From contig JABANN010000009.1 of NCBI GenBank assembly GCA_013115125.1, positions 62,001 through 126,000 on the forward strand: a stretch of DNA of 64,000 bases, read 5' to 3'. Both the position numbers and the translations under genes were made by a program. Shown here one piece after another: positions 48,917 to 60,735 of the stretch (position 1 is the first letter of the stretch; every line of letters starts with the position of its first letter). The notes beneath the pieces were generated by a model that made no database searches, was not told where the DNA came from, and worked only from the letters and a program-made list of their open reading frames with translations. The DNA is from Perkinsus olseni. Its lineage: Eukaryota.

Positions 48917-50072
48917 GGTCAAGAGATGGTTACACCTAGGCGATCTACTAAGTCGTTGCCGAATCAGCTGCGTAAACGAGAAACCTCGAAGACGTGTGAA
49001 AGAGGATTGTAGCACCCAGGAGAGCAACAGACACTCCCGATAGATAAGGGACACACTGCTGGTGATTACACAGGGGCCAGCCAGCGTGCCGTTAAATATT
49101 CCGATGCCCCTGAGAATGGCGGTTTACTTTGTCGGATGAATACCAGCATCGAAGCGACAGCAGAAGGGAAGTCCCGGGGGGCTCCTCATCCGCCGGTCAT
49201 AATTGCAATGAGAGTTGTGCGCGGCAAGATGTCCCCCTCGCCGCGGTAAGCCCACCCAAAGCAGCGGAGTCCTGGTTCTCTGCCGTGAAGCCCTTAAAGG
49301 GCTGGGATATCCGAGGTCCTTTTCTCAGAGTATGATCAGAGCGCGGACATCACCTTGTCATGCAACGTAGCCCGGCGAAGAAATAATTACAACTCGTGAC
49401 GAGTTGTAATTATTGACGAGTTACTCGTCCGCCGCCACTTCTGGGCATGACCCAGAAACTACACAACGTGCTGTGCAGTTTACAATTTGGACAACCCGCA
49501 CTCCTGAGGAAGTTCAGCGTGAGGCGGTCCTAGGCTGGGCCTTGTAGACTTGGTGGTAAGGGCTACAGTGAGTCAAGATCGTGAGTGAGAGATTCTAGGG
49601 AGGGCCGCGCGGAGGTCGAACAAAACGGCTGACCGCCGTTACACGAAGAGAAGTGAAGAACAGTGAGCTTGAGGCCGTCCAAGCGCCTCCGCAGGGCTGC
49701 TATTTCCATGGATTCTGTAACATAGAAGCATTACTTAAGGAATGTAGCACAGGCTGAAGCAACATCTTCCGAAACCGCTAGCTCGAGTGTGGCGCCAGCG
49801 CAGTCCCAGGCAATGTCCCCTACCGTGCCGATTTGCCTTCGCTAGAACTCTCCGTTCGCCTCGCGAATGTCCAACCCGCCTGTGTTCACGTTATCTCAAA
49901 GAATCTGATGGCCTATCCCTCTCGCAGCGGTCTGGCGAGTTTAACCACCGGCGGCTGCGGATTGTGTGAGCCATTCAGCACGCATGACCAATGATCGTGC
50001 GTGCAGCGGGCGACTTGACCGAGGTCGAGGAAGCCGCGCAGCAAAGGGCTCTTTGAATCCCATCGAAACTCA

Positions 50073-50888
50073 ATGACAGCGGCTCGGCTTGAGTACTGCG
50101 CAGTGGCTCTCCTGGTCCTCCCGCTGATCCAGTGTGGGCCCTACCCGAAGCCTCAGCGTTTCGGAGATATCTCCGAGAAGACCAAGTTCATCACAGTCCA
50201 GCTGCCTAGGAATGCGAATGGCCTTGTAGGGAGTTCTGTCCCTTTTGTAGCTCCCGAGGGATGCTCCCCAACTATCAAGAGCATCGCTGAGAACTACTGC
50301 GTGAACGGCACATACGATGCCGGGAGTACGATGGACCTCGCTATGACTTTAAACGTATTTGACGTGACTATTCCCACCAGGACGGTTACTCTGGGGATTC
50401 AAACAAACTTGAACGAGGGGAATGCAACCACTGTAACAGCTATGACCGGCGGGTGTGCCACCATACTGAAGAAGACCATCGTCATCTTCTTAATCGACGG
50501 GGAGATCACGGCATGCACGTCGGGCGGCGGAAAGGGGAAATACGACCCCGCCCTGCCCGGCTACGTGTCCGCTATCGATCTGAGCGGCCAGCTCAAGTTC
50601 ACCTCGGGTAAGAAGAACATCACCAACTACAACTACTCTTTGCCGGGCTACGTCCACGCTGGTAATCGCTTCGACATGGGTATGGCTGCCTCTGTCTACA
50701 ACAGCAGTGGTGACCCCAAGGGGATAGGGATCAATTCCACCTTCTTCATCACTATGAACAATACTGCCGGATCTTTGTTCGACTGGCGTATCTTTGTTGG
50801 TCTCTCGACTGACAGCTGGGACTATCCATTGCCGGCCGCTCATGTTGATATCGCAATCGTTGACACCGTGATACATCTCAAAGTGTGA
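50073..50888 (+). CDS. secreted protein, family A copy 1 (intronless)
   Basis: 271-aa ORF with signal peptide; clear paralog of 56454-57245 and 58142-58969. Confidence 0.9.
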   Translation: MTAARLEYCAVALLVLPLIQCGPYPKPQRFGDISEKTKFITVQLPRNANGLVGSSVPFVAPEGCSPTIKSIAENYCVNGTYDAGSTMDLAMTLNVFDVTIPTRTVTLGIQTNLNEGNATTVTAMTGGCATILKKTIVIFLIDGEITACTSGGGKGKYDPALPGYVSAIDLSGQLKFTSGKKNITNYNYSLPGYVHAGNRFDMGMAASVYNSSGDPKGIGINSTFFITMNNTAGSLFDWRIFVGLSTDSWDYPLPAAHVDIAIVDTVIHLKV

Positions 50889-51624
50889 GACGCACCCTGC
50901 CGGTCACGTCAAAGCCCCAATAAAAAGTAGAACTTGCGTACTTTTGCTGCTGCGAGCATGAGCCTAGTTTTATATTTTAAAGTTCCGATGTCGCATTTTT
51001 TACTGATGCTTCGTTACGCCCGTTACCATTTGAGTCTTGATTCGAGCTTGACTGTTTCATTCAGGAGGTGGTTCAGAGTTGGACCAGGGGTAAGTCACAT
51101 AACTTATGTGAGCTTGAGTTCTGCCTTTTATCGCCTTCTATCACCAAGCAGGGTGTTCTTCCTCCACCCAGAAAGCCGGTCAGCGCCGTCGTTTATACCC
51201 ACAGAATAGCAAGCACGCGTATAGCCGTAGATAAGACCCTATCACAGTATACGGTGCTGATAATATGGATTCGCTTGCTCTCTCGCTGAGTTGAGTGCTT
51301 CGCTATGGCCTATCAGTTCTCGACATGATGAAAAAACGTTCGGATCCTCATCAATCGCCACCTAAAGGTTGTGACTCCCTCGCGCCCCTTTACGTCTTGA
51401 GGCGTGCGACCTGGGACAGAGAGATTATTCGGATGCACTGCTCACTATGAGAGGCGCTACGCGAAGGCTGAGCTGCCATACATGCTGCAGGCTCCCGTTC
51501 ACCACGTGCAGCCCAGAAGGAGACGCCAGTAGCGGGCCGTATAGATCGCTCGGGCGTGCTCAGCCAAGCGCCCGAATTTGGAGAGTCTTCAAATTCCATC
51601 CAAGCCGATACGCGCTCTGGGACC

Positions 51625-52406
51625 ATGGTGACCCTAACCTGCAATATCCTCACGTTGGTGTCCGTCCTTACCTCGGCGATGGGCTTGGAAGCCGCAAACA
51701 ACTTCAACGTAATCGTAGCCATTCGACGCCGAAATGTATTACACCCGCTCTCCTTCAGATGGGGGACCTCAGAAGAGCGCCTCACCAGCACAACCAGCCC
51801 AAGCCCCCACGGACGGTATGTGGCTGGAGACTTAGCGCATTCTTTCCGAGTTATCGCTTTTTCAACTGAGGGGCCCTCCTCGCGTATTTCTGTCCCGTTT
51901 GTGTCCCTTTTGATGAGCCTGGCGCAGGTCACGGGTGATGCCATGGGATGCAAGATAGAGTATGGCGACAGCTCCATCGATCTTCGTAAAACCTGTAATC
52001 AAGACTATTACCTCCGCTGGGAGGCCGACCAACCGCGGAGCATGTCCGCAACTTTCTGGTGATATGCGTCGTTGATTGTTCGAGTTCATCGAGTGCTACT
52101 CTCAGGGTTTTCCCTGATGAAACGTATCATTTCTCCTTCGTGGACGGTGCGCGTTCGACGAAATGCGCTGGATCGGACAATAAGATGGAGACATTGTACG
52201 CTAGAGTCTGTCCCTTGCCCCCGTTGATGGACTCCATCGAGCACGCCTTTACTGGCGGTATGAATCAAGAAAAATGCTTAATGCTGGCTGAGAAGATCGA
52301 AGACTCTCCGCTCGAGGGATACGTCAAAGGCAATTGGTTGAAGCAGTTTTTTCTCGAACGAATGTCGGAAGCATTTGAAGTTGATAACGTAAAGTGCTTG
52401 TACTAG
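51625..52406 (+). CDS. secreted protein, family B copy 1 (spliced)
   Basis: Signal MVTLTCNILTLVSVLTSAMG; exons GCKIEYGDSS...RWEADQPRSMSATF and YARVCPLPPLMDSIEHAF...NWLKQFFLERM; paralogous to copies at 54.7 and 59.9 kb. Confidence 0.8.
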
Positions 52407-54697
52407 TCGTGGTGTTGTTGTTGTCTATCTGAGATGCTTTTCAGAGGCAGTGGGTTAATGGTATACCGGACCGGATAGAGACCGAGGAAATTATCTGCAA
52501 ATTAGCCTGGATTGGCTCTCGGTCGCCGGCCGAAAGACAAATTCAAGCCTTTCCCAGAAGTCAGAGTTGATTTTTCAGGTTGAGAGTTCGGCAAAGTGGA
52601 CTCTCAGCAAGGCAAAATGCGATGTGCACGTCAGTTCAATGATTTGAGGATCTCGCTCACCCGCGCACCCGTGTGCAAAGGGGGGAGGAGAGATGGTCCT
52701 CCTAGTCATCTTCCCTTTAGGTTTGTTACTTCCTCTAATGGCTGATTGAGACGAAGCCATCGTTAATAATTGCACGATTTGAGTTTTTTTTTCCACCCGA
52801 CCCATCCGGGGTGCAGGGTTCACGCGTCCCACTACATCAAACCAGTGTTGTGTTCGCAAATTGGGACCAGGGGGGCTCAAGATTGTGGATAAGTGTTGTT
52901 TGTCTTGAGTTCTCCCGATCGGAGGTGAACAAAGAAGCCAAGACGCGGTCTTTGTGTTCGGCGGCTCGTTCACCCGACATTTGAATCCGGGTTCGCAGGA
53001 TTGGCTGGACCAGCACAATTCTCTGATCGATCCACACAGAACCTTGTCGTACCACCGCATAGGTACAATGTCTGGTGGCTTCCGGGTTGCGGATTCTGGT
53101 TCCATGATTCGGGCTTGGCCTTCAGTTGGCGGTTCGGAGAGTAACGGACTCACCGGACCGGGCAGCTGTGCCGAGTTTGAGAGTCGAGAACCGACTCGTC
53201 ACATTTGTAAGCCTTTACATTGTAAGGTTGTGGTTCGGTTCTCCCGAGGCCCTCGTCCGGAGCATGATACAACACTGGTTTGCTATAGTGACGACGCTCA
53301 GTCATCGTCCGGTTTCCCCATTGCTACCTCACCTTGGACTGATTGAGCGTCACACTTGCGTTTTAACTCGTGAAGTGTTATGCCATACCACCTACACTTG
53401 TACTTTCGTTCCATGAGAGACACATCAACAACTTTGGACTCGCTATCAGCTGCTCTCTCGGACTGTCCCATCGCCATCATGGAGCTAGGGTTTGAGCTGG
53501 AGAAATTGACGTTCTACTATACGGCTGGCCGGAGTAGGGGCCGAGATGGGATTAAATGCCACCGAGAAATTCTTCGAACATCATGTTCGTAATGTTTCGC
53601 TGAATCAGATTATATGTGTACCTCAGTCTCTAGACACCGGAGTCAGAGACTGAGCTAGACATATGCTCGGACTCAGTGGAAAATTTCCATTGGAAATGAC
53701 GAGTATAAGATTCGAAGAATTCATCGGTGGCAAAAAGTCCCATCTCAGCCCCTATTCCGGCCAGCCGTGGATAGAGTCAGGCAGGGAGACGTCATAGGGC
53801 AAGGGCAGAGAGAACTATAGATCACTCGGGCGTGCTCACCGGAGCGCACGATCGTGGGAGGGGGGTGTTCCCGCAGCCAACATCCCAAAGCCAACATTCC
53901 AGTAACGGGAAGGACCACTGCGAGAATGAGTTCTGACTTGAGCAGTGGATTTTCGGAGTTCCGGTTGAGCTGATAATATTGGTGTAGTGGTGGCTCTGAC
54001 CCCAACCCTGCTTGGACTCCTTTCCCAGCAAGGATCGCGAAAAATCATTATGATCGGATGCACTTATTGTTACCAAGTGAGTAGGCCTACTGCCTAAAGG
54101 ACACCCTAACGCCCTGGAATACTCCAAGTCCAGCGGAGAGCCGAGCGGAGAGCCGATGATGATAGCGATGGTGTGCCGGTTTCGGCATGAAGTAGAGAAT
54201 CGCTAAGGCAGCAAGACGATGAGATTCGACTGTGCTATTGTTGTCTTTGTGTATGGTTCTGCTGTCTCTCTAGCGCTGGTTACATTGACGTATTAGTCAT
54301 TGCCATATTACTGTATAACGATCTGTTACGTTCGTCCACTATCGTACCTCTATAGTACGGTTACCAGGTCTATATTGGGTGTTTAAAACACCGTGTTTTG
54401 TTCACTTAATAAAACCTGCACAATGGATGATATGACATCCTCGCCGCGCTCAGCCATAGTCGTTCGTTTACCAGTGATCCTCATGATAAAAGTCTCTATA
54501 ATAGCTGGCAGGAGATGGGCTCTGGCTGTCAACAAAAGGAGCGCGATGAACTGCAGCATGCTGCACGCGTGGCATTCACGAGGTGCAGGGATGATACGAG
54601 GACGTTTTGAGAGAGTATCCTGCGTATCAGGAACTGATCCATCGCTGCTGTATTTTCCCGTCACTTCGTTTGCAACTTTCTGTGCAACCCTTTTTAA

Positions 54698-55554
54698 ATG
54701 GTCGTGATCTCCTATCCCACTTTGGCAGTGCTGGCGATTCTGCCGATGGCTCTACGGGCTGCCTCGAAGCCACAAGTAAGCGTGAGCAGCAACAACCGAA
54801 GTGCATCCTCGTTTCACCCGTCAGATCGAAGCACCAGTTCGAGCGCCTCGGTTGATCAGAGGAGTAAGTCCGTCGGAGCTGAGAGCTTCTCCACAAAGCA
54901 TGTCATCCTGGCGTAGATCAAAGCTGACACAGAGAGCTGCATAATCGATTATGTGAGAGTTCCATCTACCTACACAAGAGCTCGGATGATTATCTCATTC
55001 GCTGGGAGGCAACTGAACCCCGGGATATGTCCGCATACTTCTGGTGATAATCATCAACTCTGGTTTTCTTATGGCCGATCTTCATTACCAACAACGTGTT
55101 TGTACGCACAATTTTTATCGTCAACTTGGTGGCTTTGCACCGCTGATTCTCGTCATCAATTCAGTGGTTGTATGGCCGAATTTTTCTTCCGTCAATTCCG
55201 TCTTCATGGCCGATTTTTATCATCAACTTAGTGCTTTTCAGGATAAATGATGATGATACCATGGCTGTCCGTTTCGTGGACAGCGATCGCGCAAGAGAAG
55301 ATAATGGTCCATCAGTTGACATGCAAGAGAAATACGCCAGAGTCTATCCGTTCGCTCCGCTGATCAACACCATTAAGCAAGCATTCCGAAGCGGCATGAG
55401 TAGGAGAGGCTGCTCTAAGCTAGCTAATACCATAAAAGCAACTCCTCCCGAGGAGTACAAAGATGCAGACAATTGGATGGGAGAATTCTTTGTCGGAAGG
55501 ATGGCCGAAGCATTGGAGCTAGTCGGGAGAAACCGGAATGTTCAGCAGATGTGA
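54698..55554 (+). CDS. secreted protein, family B copy 2 (spliced)
   Basis: Signal MVVISYPTLAVLAILPMALRA; IKADTESCIIDY, RWEATEPRDMSAYF, KYARVYPFAPLINTIKQAF...NWMGEFFVGRM; middle exon may be degraded. Confidence 0.75.
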
Positions 55555-56453
55555 AAGTGTGTTTGGACTATGCTGCAAATATTTATCCGAGATTTGAGTC
55601 GAATTTTGTGTGGTCAGTGTGGAGTTCGAATTCGGGCGATTGGACTGTTCACGGCCTGGCTGTTCAGCCCACGTTCAGGACGAACGCGTCACAGTCCATT
55701 CATTGATATCGCGATTCCTGGAGCCCTCCTATCTTGACAAAGTGATTACCTCCACGCGATGCAATTTCTGAGGCAAATTGTTGGCCTTCAGCGCAAACGA
55801 GCCATGCAGGCCACGGCGGTGACTCCCAGCTAGGCACCCTGAGGGAGTCCGACCAATTTCATCACTCGAATGATCATAGTCTAGCGAGGCGAAGGTTTCG
55901 GAACGCTACCTATTCGCGTGAATACGCATTGGTAAGGACGAATAAGGCCTTCGAGAACCATGGTCGCTGTGACAAGGGGTCTTGCGGGATGCACACCTGG
56001 TCGTGCTCTGGGAAAAAACGGCCGCACTCCTGCGCGGTACGGCGTGGGTCAACGGGCAAGAGCTCCAGCTGTATGGGATGGCGCATACCGCCACGCTGCT
56101 CTACGCGGACTCAACATCGTGCCAAATTGCTCTCTTGCCAATTTTCAGCATTTTCCATTAGCTGTGGCACGCAAGTTGGCGCAAAACCTCTTGTAGTCCT
56201 TTTGTTATCGTCACTACCACCAGCTACGTTATCAAGGTTTTGGGTTGACTATGAGAGCGACCAGGAGAAACAGCCAAGGGCGAACGGCCGAACACGCATA
56301 CCCAAAGCATTCGCGTGCAAGAGGTGACGCGGCTACCCAACGGACCCATTCAACAAGGAGCTCCTGCAAGCCTACTGGGATATGGTCTAAGCCTTAGACC
56401 ATATCCTCTGAGGCTCTAAGGCATTCAGCCTTGTTGATCGTATCTAACTCGTA

Positions 56454-57245
56454 ATGACAGCGGTTCGGTTAAGCTATTGTGCAGTGGCTCTCCTGGTCCT
56501 CCCGCTGTTCCAGTGTGGGCCCTACCCGAAGCCTCAGCGTTTCGGAGACATCTCCGAGAAGACCAAGTTCATCACAGTCCAGCTGCCTAGGAATGCTGAC
56601 GGGCTGTTAGCAAGTCCCTCCACTTTCACAGCTCCTCCGGGCTGCTCCCCCGACGTCCGAGTTCTCGTTGAGAACTACTGCGTGAGCGGCACATTTGCCG
56701 TGAAGACCACAGTAAACCTTAATATCAACTTGAATGTATTTGACGTGGAGATCCCAAATAAGAAGGTTGTAGTGGGTCTGCAGACCACCTTAGACGAGGG
56801 AGATGCCACGACTATAACAGGTTCGACCGGTGGGTGTGCCACCATATTGAAGGAAACCCTCGTCGTTACGGCATGCACGTCGGGCGGCGGAAAGGGGAGA
56901 TACGACTCCGCGCTCTCGGCCTATGTTTCGGACATCGGCCTGAGCGGTCACCTGAAGCTCGATCTGGGCACCGAATCTACCACCGAACACGACTTCGGCT
57001 TGCCGGGCTACGTCTATGCTGGTGATGACTTCGACATGGGCATGGTTGCTTCAGCCTTTAACAGCAGTGGTGACCCCAAGGTGTCGGGCATCAACGCGAC
57101 GTTCTTGACCATCATGGACACTCTCAATGCCTCTCTATTCGATTGGCGTGTCTACACTGGGCTGACGGTGGATATCTGGGACTATCCACAACCGGTGCTT
57201 CACCGCGAGGTCGAATTTATCAATACCATTATTCATCTCGTTTAA
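56454..57245 (+). CDS. secreted protein, family A copy 2 (intronless)
   Basis: 263-aa ORF; N-terminal ~45 aa nearly identical to copy 1; lacks a 7-aa segment (around IFLIDGE) present in copies 1 and 3. Confidence 0.9.
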   Translation: MTAVRLSYCAVALLVLPLFQCGPYPKPQRFGDISEKTKFITVQLPRNADGLLASPSTFTAPPGCSPDVRVLVENYCVSGTFAVKTTVNLNINLNVFDVEIPNKKVVVGLQTTLDEGDATTITGSTGGCATILKETLVVTACTSGGGKGRYDSALSAYVSDIGLSGHLKLDLGTESTTEHDFGLPGYVYAGDDFDMGMVASAFNSSGDPKVSGINATFLTIMDTLNASLFDWRVYTGLTVDIWDYPQPVLHREVEFINTIIHLV

Positions 57246-58141
57246 GAGAAGTTCCCTGATCGGCCATGTGAGGCGTCATCATTTCGAGATTAACACGGGC
57301 ACGGCTTGAGTCGAGAGTACACTGCAAGCTCTGCAGTATGATTGTATGGACTATTATTCTGTCGATGCTTTGTAGCACCCATCATCATATGAGTCTTGAT
57401 TAAGGGCGAACTGTTTCATCTTGAGGGCGTTCAGAGTTGCACGCTCGGTGATGGTTCAGTCGGGTTTCTCTTGAGCCCACCAGCTCCTCGACGGTGCATG
57501 CTGCATTCGAGCTGATAGTGTTATTCAACCCTCCCAGAAACGTGTCTGGAGAACGAGCGTAGAACTCTCTCTTACAGTGTTGAGGAAGCACGCTGCTGTA
57601 CGGGTCCTAGCTAGACAGACCAAAAGGCGAGTAGTCAAGCGGCGAGCATATGCCCCGCGAAGATCCCCTTTTGTACCATCGGGGCCCGAATAGAGAACAT
57701 TCTTAAATGGAACCAACCTGCAGGTGAAGCGACTCTACCCAGGCTGCTACCATGGTCACCACGGCATGGTGTCTTGCCACCTGTGAAATAGCATCGGCGA
57801 GAGCATCAAAACGAGTCAGCCCGGACGCTAGACGTGGATCTGTCCCCAAATCGTGTGGCGCAAGGTGTTGGCCCGAGCGATTTGCAGCCAAGTGGCCAAA
57901 CCTCGGTCTATTCGATTGGGGCATGACTAGCCGATTCGCCCCGCGCACAATACAGTGAAATGACGGGGAGAAGCTATCCAGTAGGGGAGCTCTTGCAGGG
58001 CATGTCTTAGATCCCTCAGCACGCACATACTATGCACATGCGTGCTTCAAGTATCCTGGGACAGCCCAACGGATGAGTCGCTTCTTTCGTCTGATGAGGT
58101 TGTTCTCTCAGGCTGCCCACTTTGATACTCGTAGGGAGCTA

Positions 58142-58969
58142 ATGACGGCGTGCCGGCTCAACTTTGGTCTGGCCTTGGCAAGGCCGCCTTGCTAGTTCTC
58201 CCCCTCCTCCAATCTGTGTCCAGCGCGAGGCCCAGGCGTTTCGGCAACATCTCGGAGAGGACCACTTACCATACAGTTCAACTGCCCAGGACAGCAGAGG
58301 GCCTCGTAGCAAGCCCGTCTGCTTTCAGCTCGCCTGTGGGCTGTTCCCCCAAAGTCAGGAGTGTCGTGGAGTACTACTGCGTCAGTGGTACGTACAGTGT
58401 GGGAGACGAAGTCGACCTAACTATCAACTTAAACCTATTCGATGTGAAAGTCCCTACTAAAAGCGTCACGATGGGCATGCAGACCACGTTGAACCAGGGG
58501 AATGCAACTACGATAGTAGGGCTGGCCGGCGGGAGTGCTACCATATTGAAGAAGACCCTCATTATCCTCCTACTCGACGGGGAGATCACGGCGGAAACGT
58601 CAGGCGGCGGGAAGGGGGCATACGACTCCGAACTGTCCGCTTATGTTTCCGACATAGACTTGAAAGGACAGTTGAAACTTGTTTCTGGTACCACAAATAT
58701 CACCGAGTACAACTACTCCTTGCCGGGTTACGTCTATGCTGGTGATCTCTTCGAAATGGGTATGGTTGGCACTGTCGTGAAGAGCAGTGAGGACCCCGAT
58801 GAGCCTGGAGCCAATGCAACTCTTGATCAAAATGGATACCATCAAGGGCTCTCTGTTCGATTGGCGTATCTACGCGGGTCTCATGATTGATTTTTGGATC
58901 TTCCCGGCTGCACCGGTAATCCACGTTGAAACCGACATCGTTAACGACGTGTTGCACCTCAAAGTGTGA
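58142..58969 (+). pseudogene. family A copy 3, disrupted by a +14-bp scar and a 2-bp deletion
   Basis: ATG 58142 aligns with the paralog starts; scar at 58171-58192 gives TAG at 58193; second frameshift near 58820 (ACT-CTTGATC versus paralog ACG-TTC-TTG-ACC); C-terminus ...VLHLKV* matches copy 1. Confidence 0.88.
58171..58192. mobile_element. putative excision footprint, site GGCCTTGC, inside a coding sequence
   Basis: G-GCCTTG-G-CAAGGC-C-GCCTTG-C, perfect; absent from both paralogs. Confidence 0.85.
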
Positions 58970-59875
58970 GCGCCCTTCTGTCCCTTCGAAGGCTTCGAAA
59001 CGGTATATCAGCTCCGATGCAGTCACTCAAAGATGAGCGTGCGCTCCGCTCCGCTAGTGGCTACGCATACAATTTCATATCATAACCATTCACTTGGATA
59101 TTCGCCCGATGCTCCGAAGCGTCCATAACTAGAGTCTTGACTTGAGAGAGATTTTCTCAACTGCCAGGCCGATCAGAGTTACACTAGGGGTGGATCGGGG
59201 CGTTTCTCATCTCTCAACAGCCCTCTTGTTTGGTCGATGCAATAATCGTCAACAGGAAGTCATCGGCGGTAATATCGGACCGCCGCAACTACCGAGACGC
59301 TACAACGGTCACAAATAAGCACGGCGATGATTCCAGGGAAAGAACGGTACCCGACTGAGCAGACTTACAATGCAATGAGGGTGCACTCAAAGCACCAACT
59401 GACAGCGGCAGGGAATTGAATTTTGATTTGGGTATGTTGTGCAGCTGTGACTCGATGCTGTGAACCACATGTTACTCACCGCAAGCGGCTATTTGTTATT
59501 GTCCGAGCCGCTCGGATTCCGCTGGTGCGCTCGGACCGAGCGCACCTTCCCGCTAGAGCCATGATTGATCGGGCGCGCTCGTTGCCGCGCTCAAGAAATT
59601 TTGAGTTACCAGTTTCCAGTTTTTGAGTCGCGAAAACTGGAGACTTTCTGATTTCCACGAAAACGGCAGAAGTCCGCTCCCAAGATGCGCTCCGCAAATT
59701 GACTCCATAAAATACACCTGGTGCTGTTAGTCCCAACTCACCGTGAGCACCTCGATCTTGGCCGTGGACTCGTAGCAGCAACTTACTGGGCACAGTTGAG
59801 CACAGAGCAGCCGAGTCTCAAGTGCGCAGTAAACGAGGCTGTGAACATTGTCAGGAACACCTAGTATCTCACCTT

Positions 59876-60735
59876 ATGCCCTCCTTTCTGCACTCCATCT
59901 TGAACCTGACGACGGTTCTGAGCTCGGTTATGGCCTTGCGAGGTGCGGTAACCGCGAGTGCCCGATCGTATGCCAGCAGACTGTTCACCAGGCTCGAACT
60001 TCCGTCCAAGTGTCTCATCCGGCCCAGCAGACCAGAAAGGTAAGGGGAGGCGTGTGCGTGAGACTCTCACAGTGAGAGTTTCTAGTCTAACGCCGGTTGC
60101 TCCGGCTTAGTTAGACTCTTGCCGATGTGCTCAGTTGGAGGCTCTCTGTAGCGTTGAAATGCAGTGCACTCAGACAGGTTGTCAAGAAGCTTGCATTCGG
60201 TGGTGGGAATCGTCGTCCAATCCCCTCGGCTCAGAATCTGCTGGACTCCATATCGAGGCTGACGCGGAGTCCTGCAGAATCATCTATCCGGACAGCTCCG
60301 TGTATCTGCACATGAGTTTCGAAGTCCAACTCGTCCGCTGGGACGCGAGGGAACCGCAGAACATGTCCGCAACCTTCGGGTGAGTTCCAGCATTGGTTTT
60401 TTACACCAGATGACTTCTTCAGGACCTTGAGAAATCGGACAATGAATGTCCGCTTTACGAACGGCAACCGGGGGCGAAGCGACGAAGGACCCGTCAAGGA
60501 CATTATGAAGAGATACGCAAGCTTCTATCCCTTCGCTCGTCTTAAAGGCCCAATCAAGCAGGCGTTTAAAGATGGAATGGGGAGAGAAGCATGCACGGAC
60601 TTGGCCGCTAAAATTAGAGCAACCTCTCCCGGAGGGTATGAGAATTCTACTGACTGGGTCAAAGAGTTCTTCCTCATAAATATTGATAAGGCTTTGAAAG
60701 TGGCTGAACGACATACGAAAGTTAGGAAAGTTTGA
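59876..60735 (+). CDS. secreted protein, family B copy 3 (spliced)
   Basis: Signal MPSFLHSILNLTTVLSSVMALRGA; IEADAESCRIIYPDSS...RWDAREPQNMSATF; RYASFYPFARLKGPIKQAF...DWVKEFFL. Confidence 0.82.

Noticed and set aside
52575-54400. Genes in the spacer between family B copies 1 and 2
   Set aside because: Only short overlapping ORFs on both strands without convincing splice structure or similarity to neighbours; possibly decayed sequence
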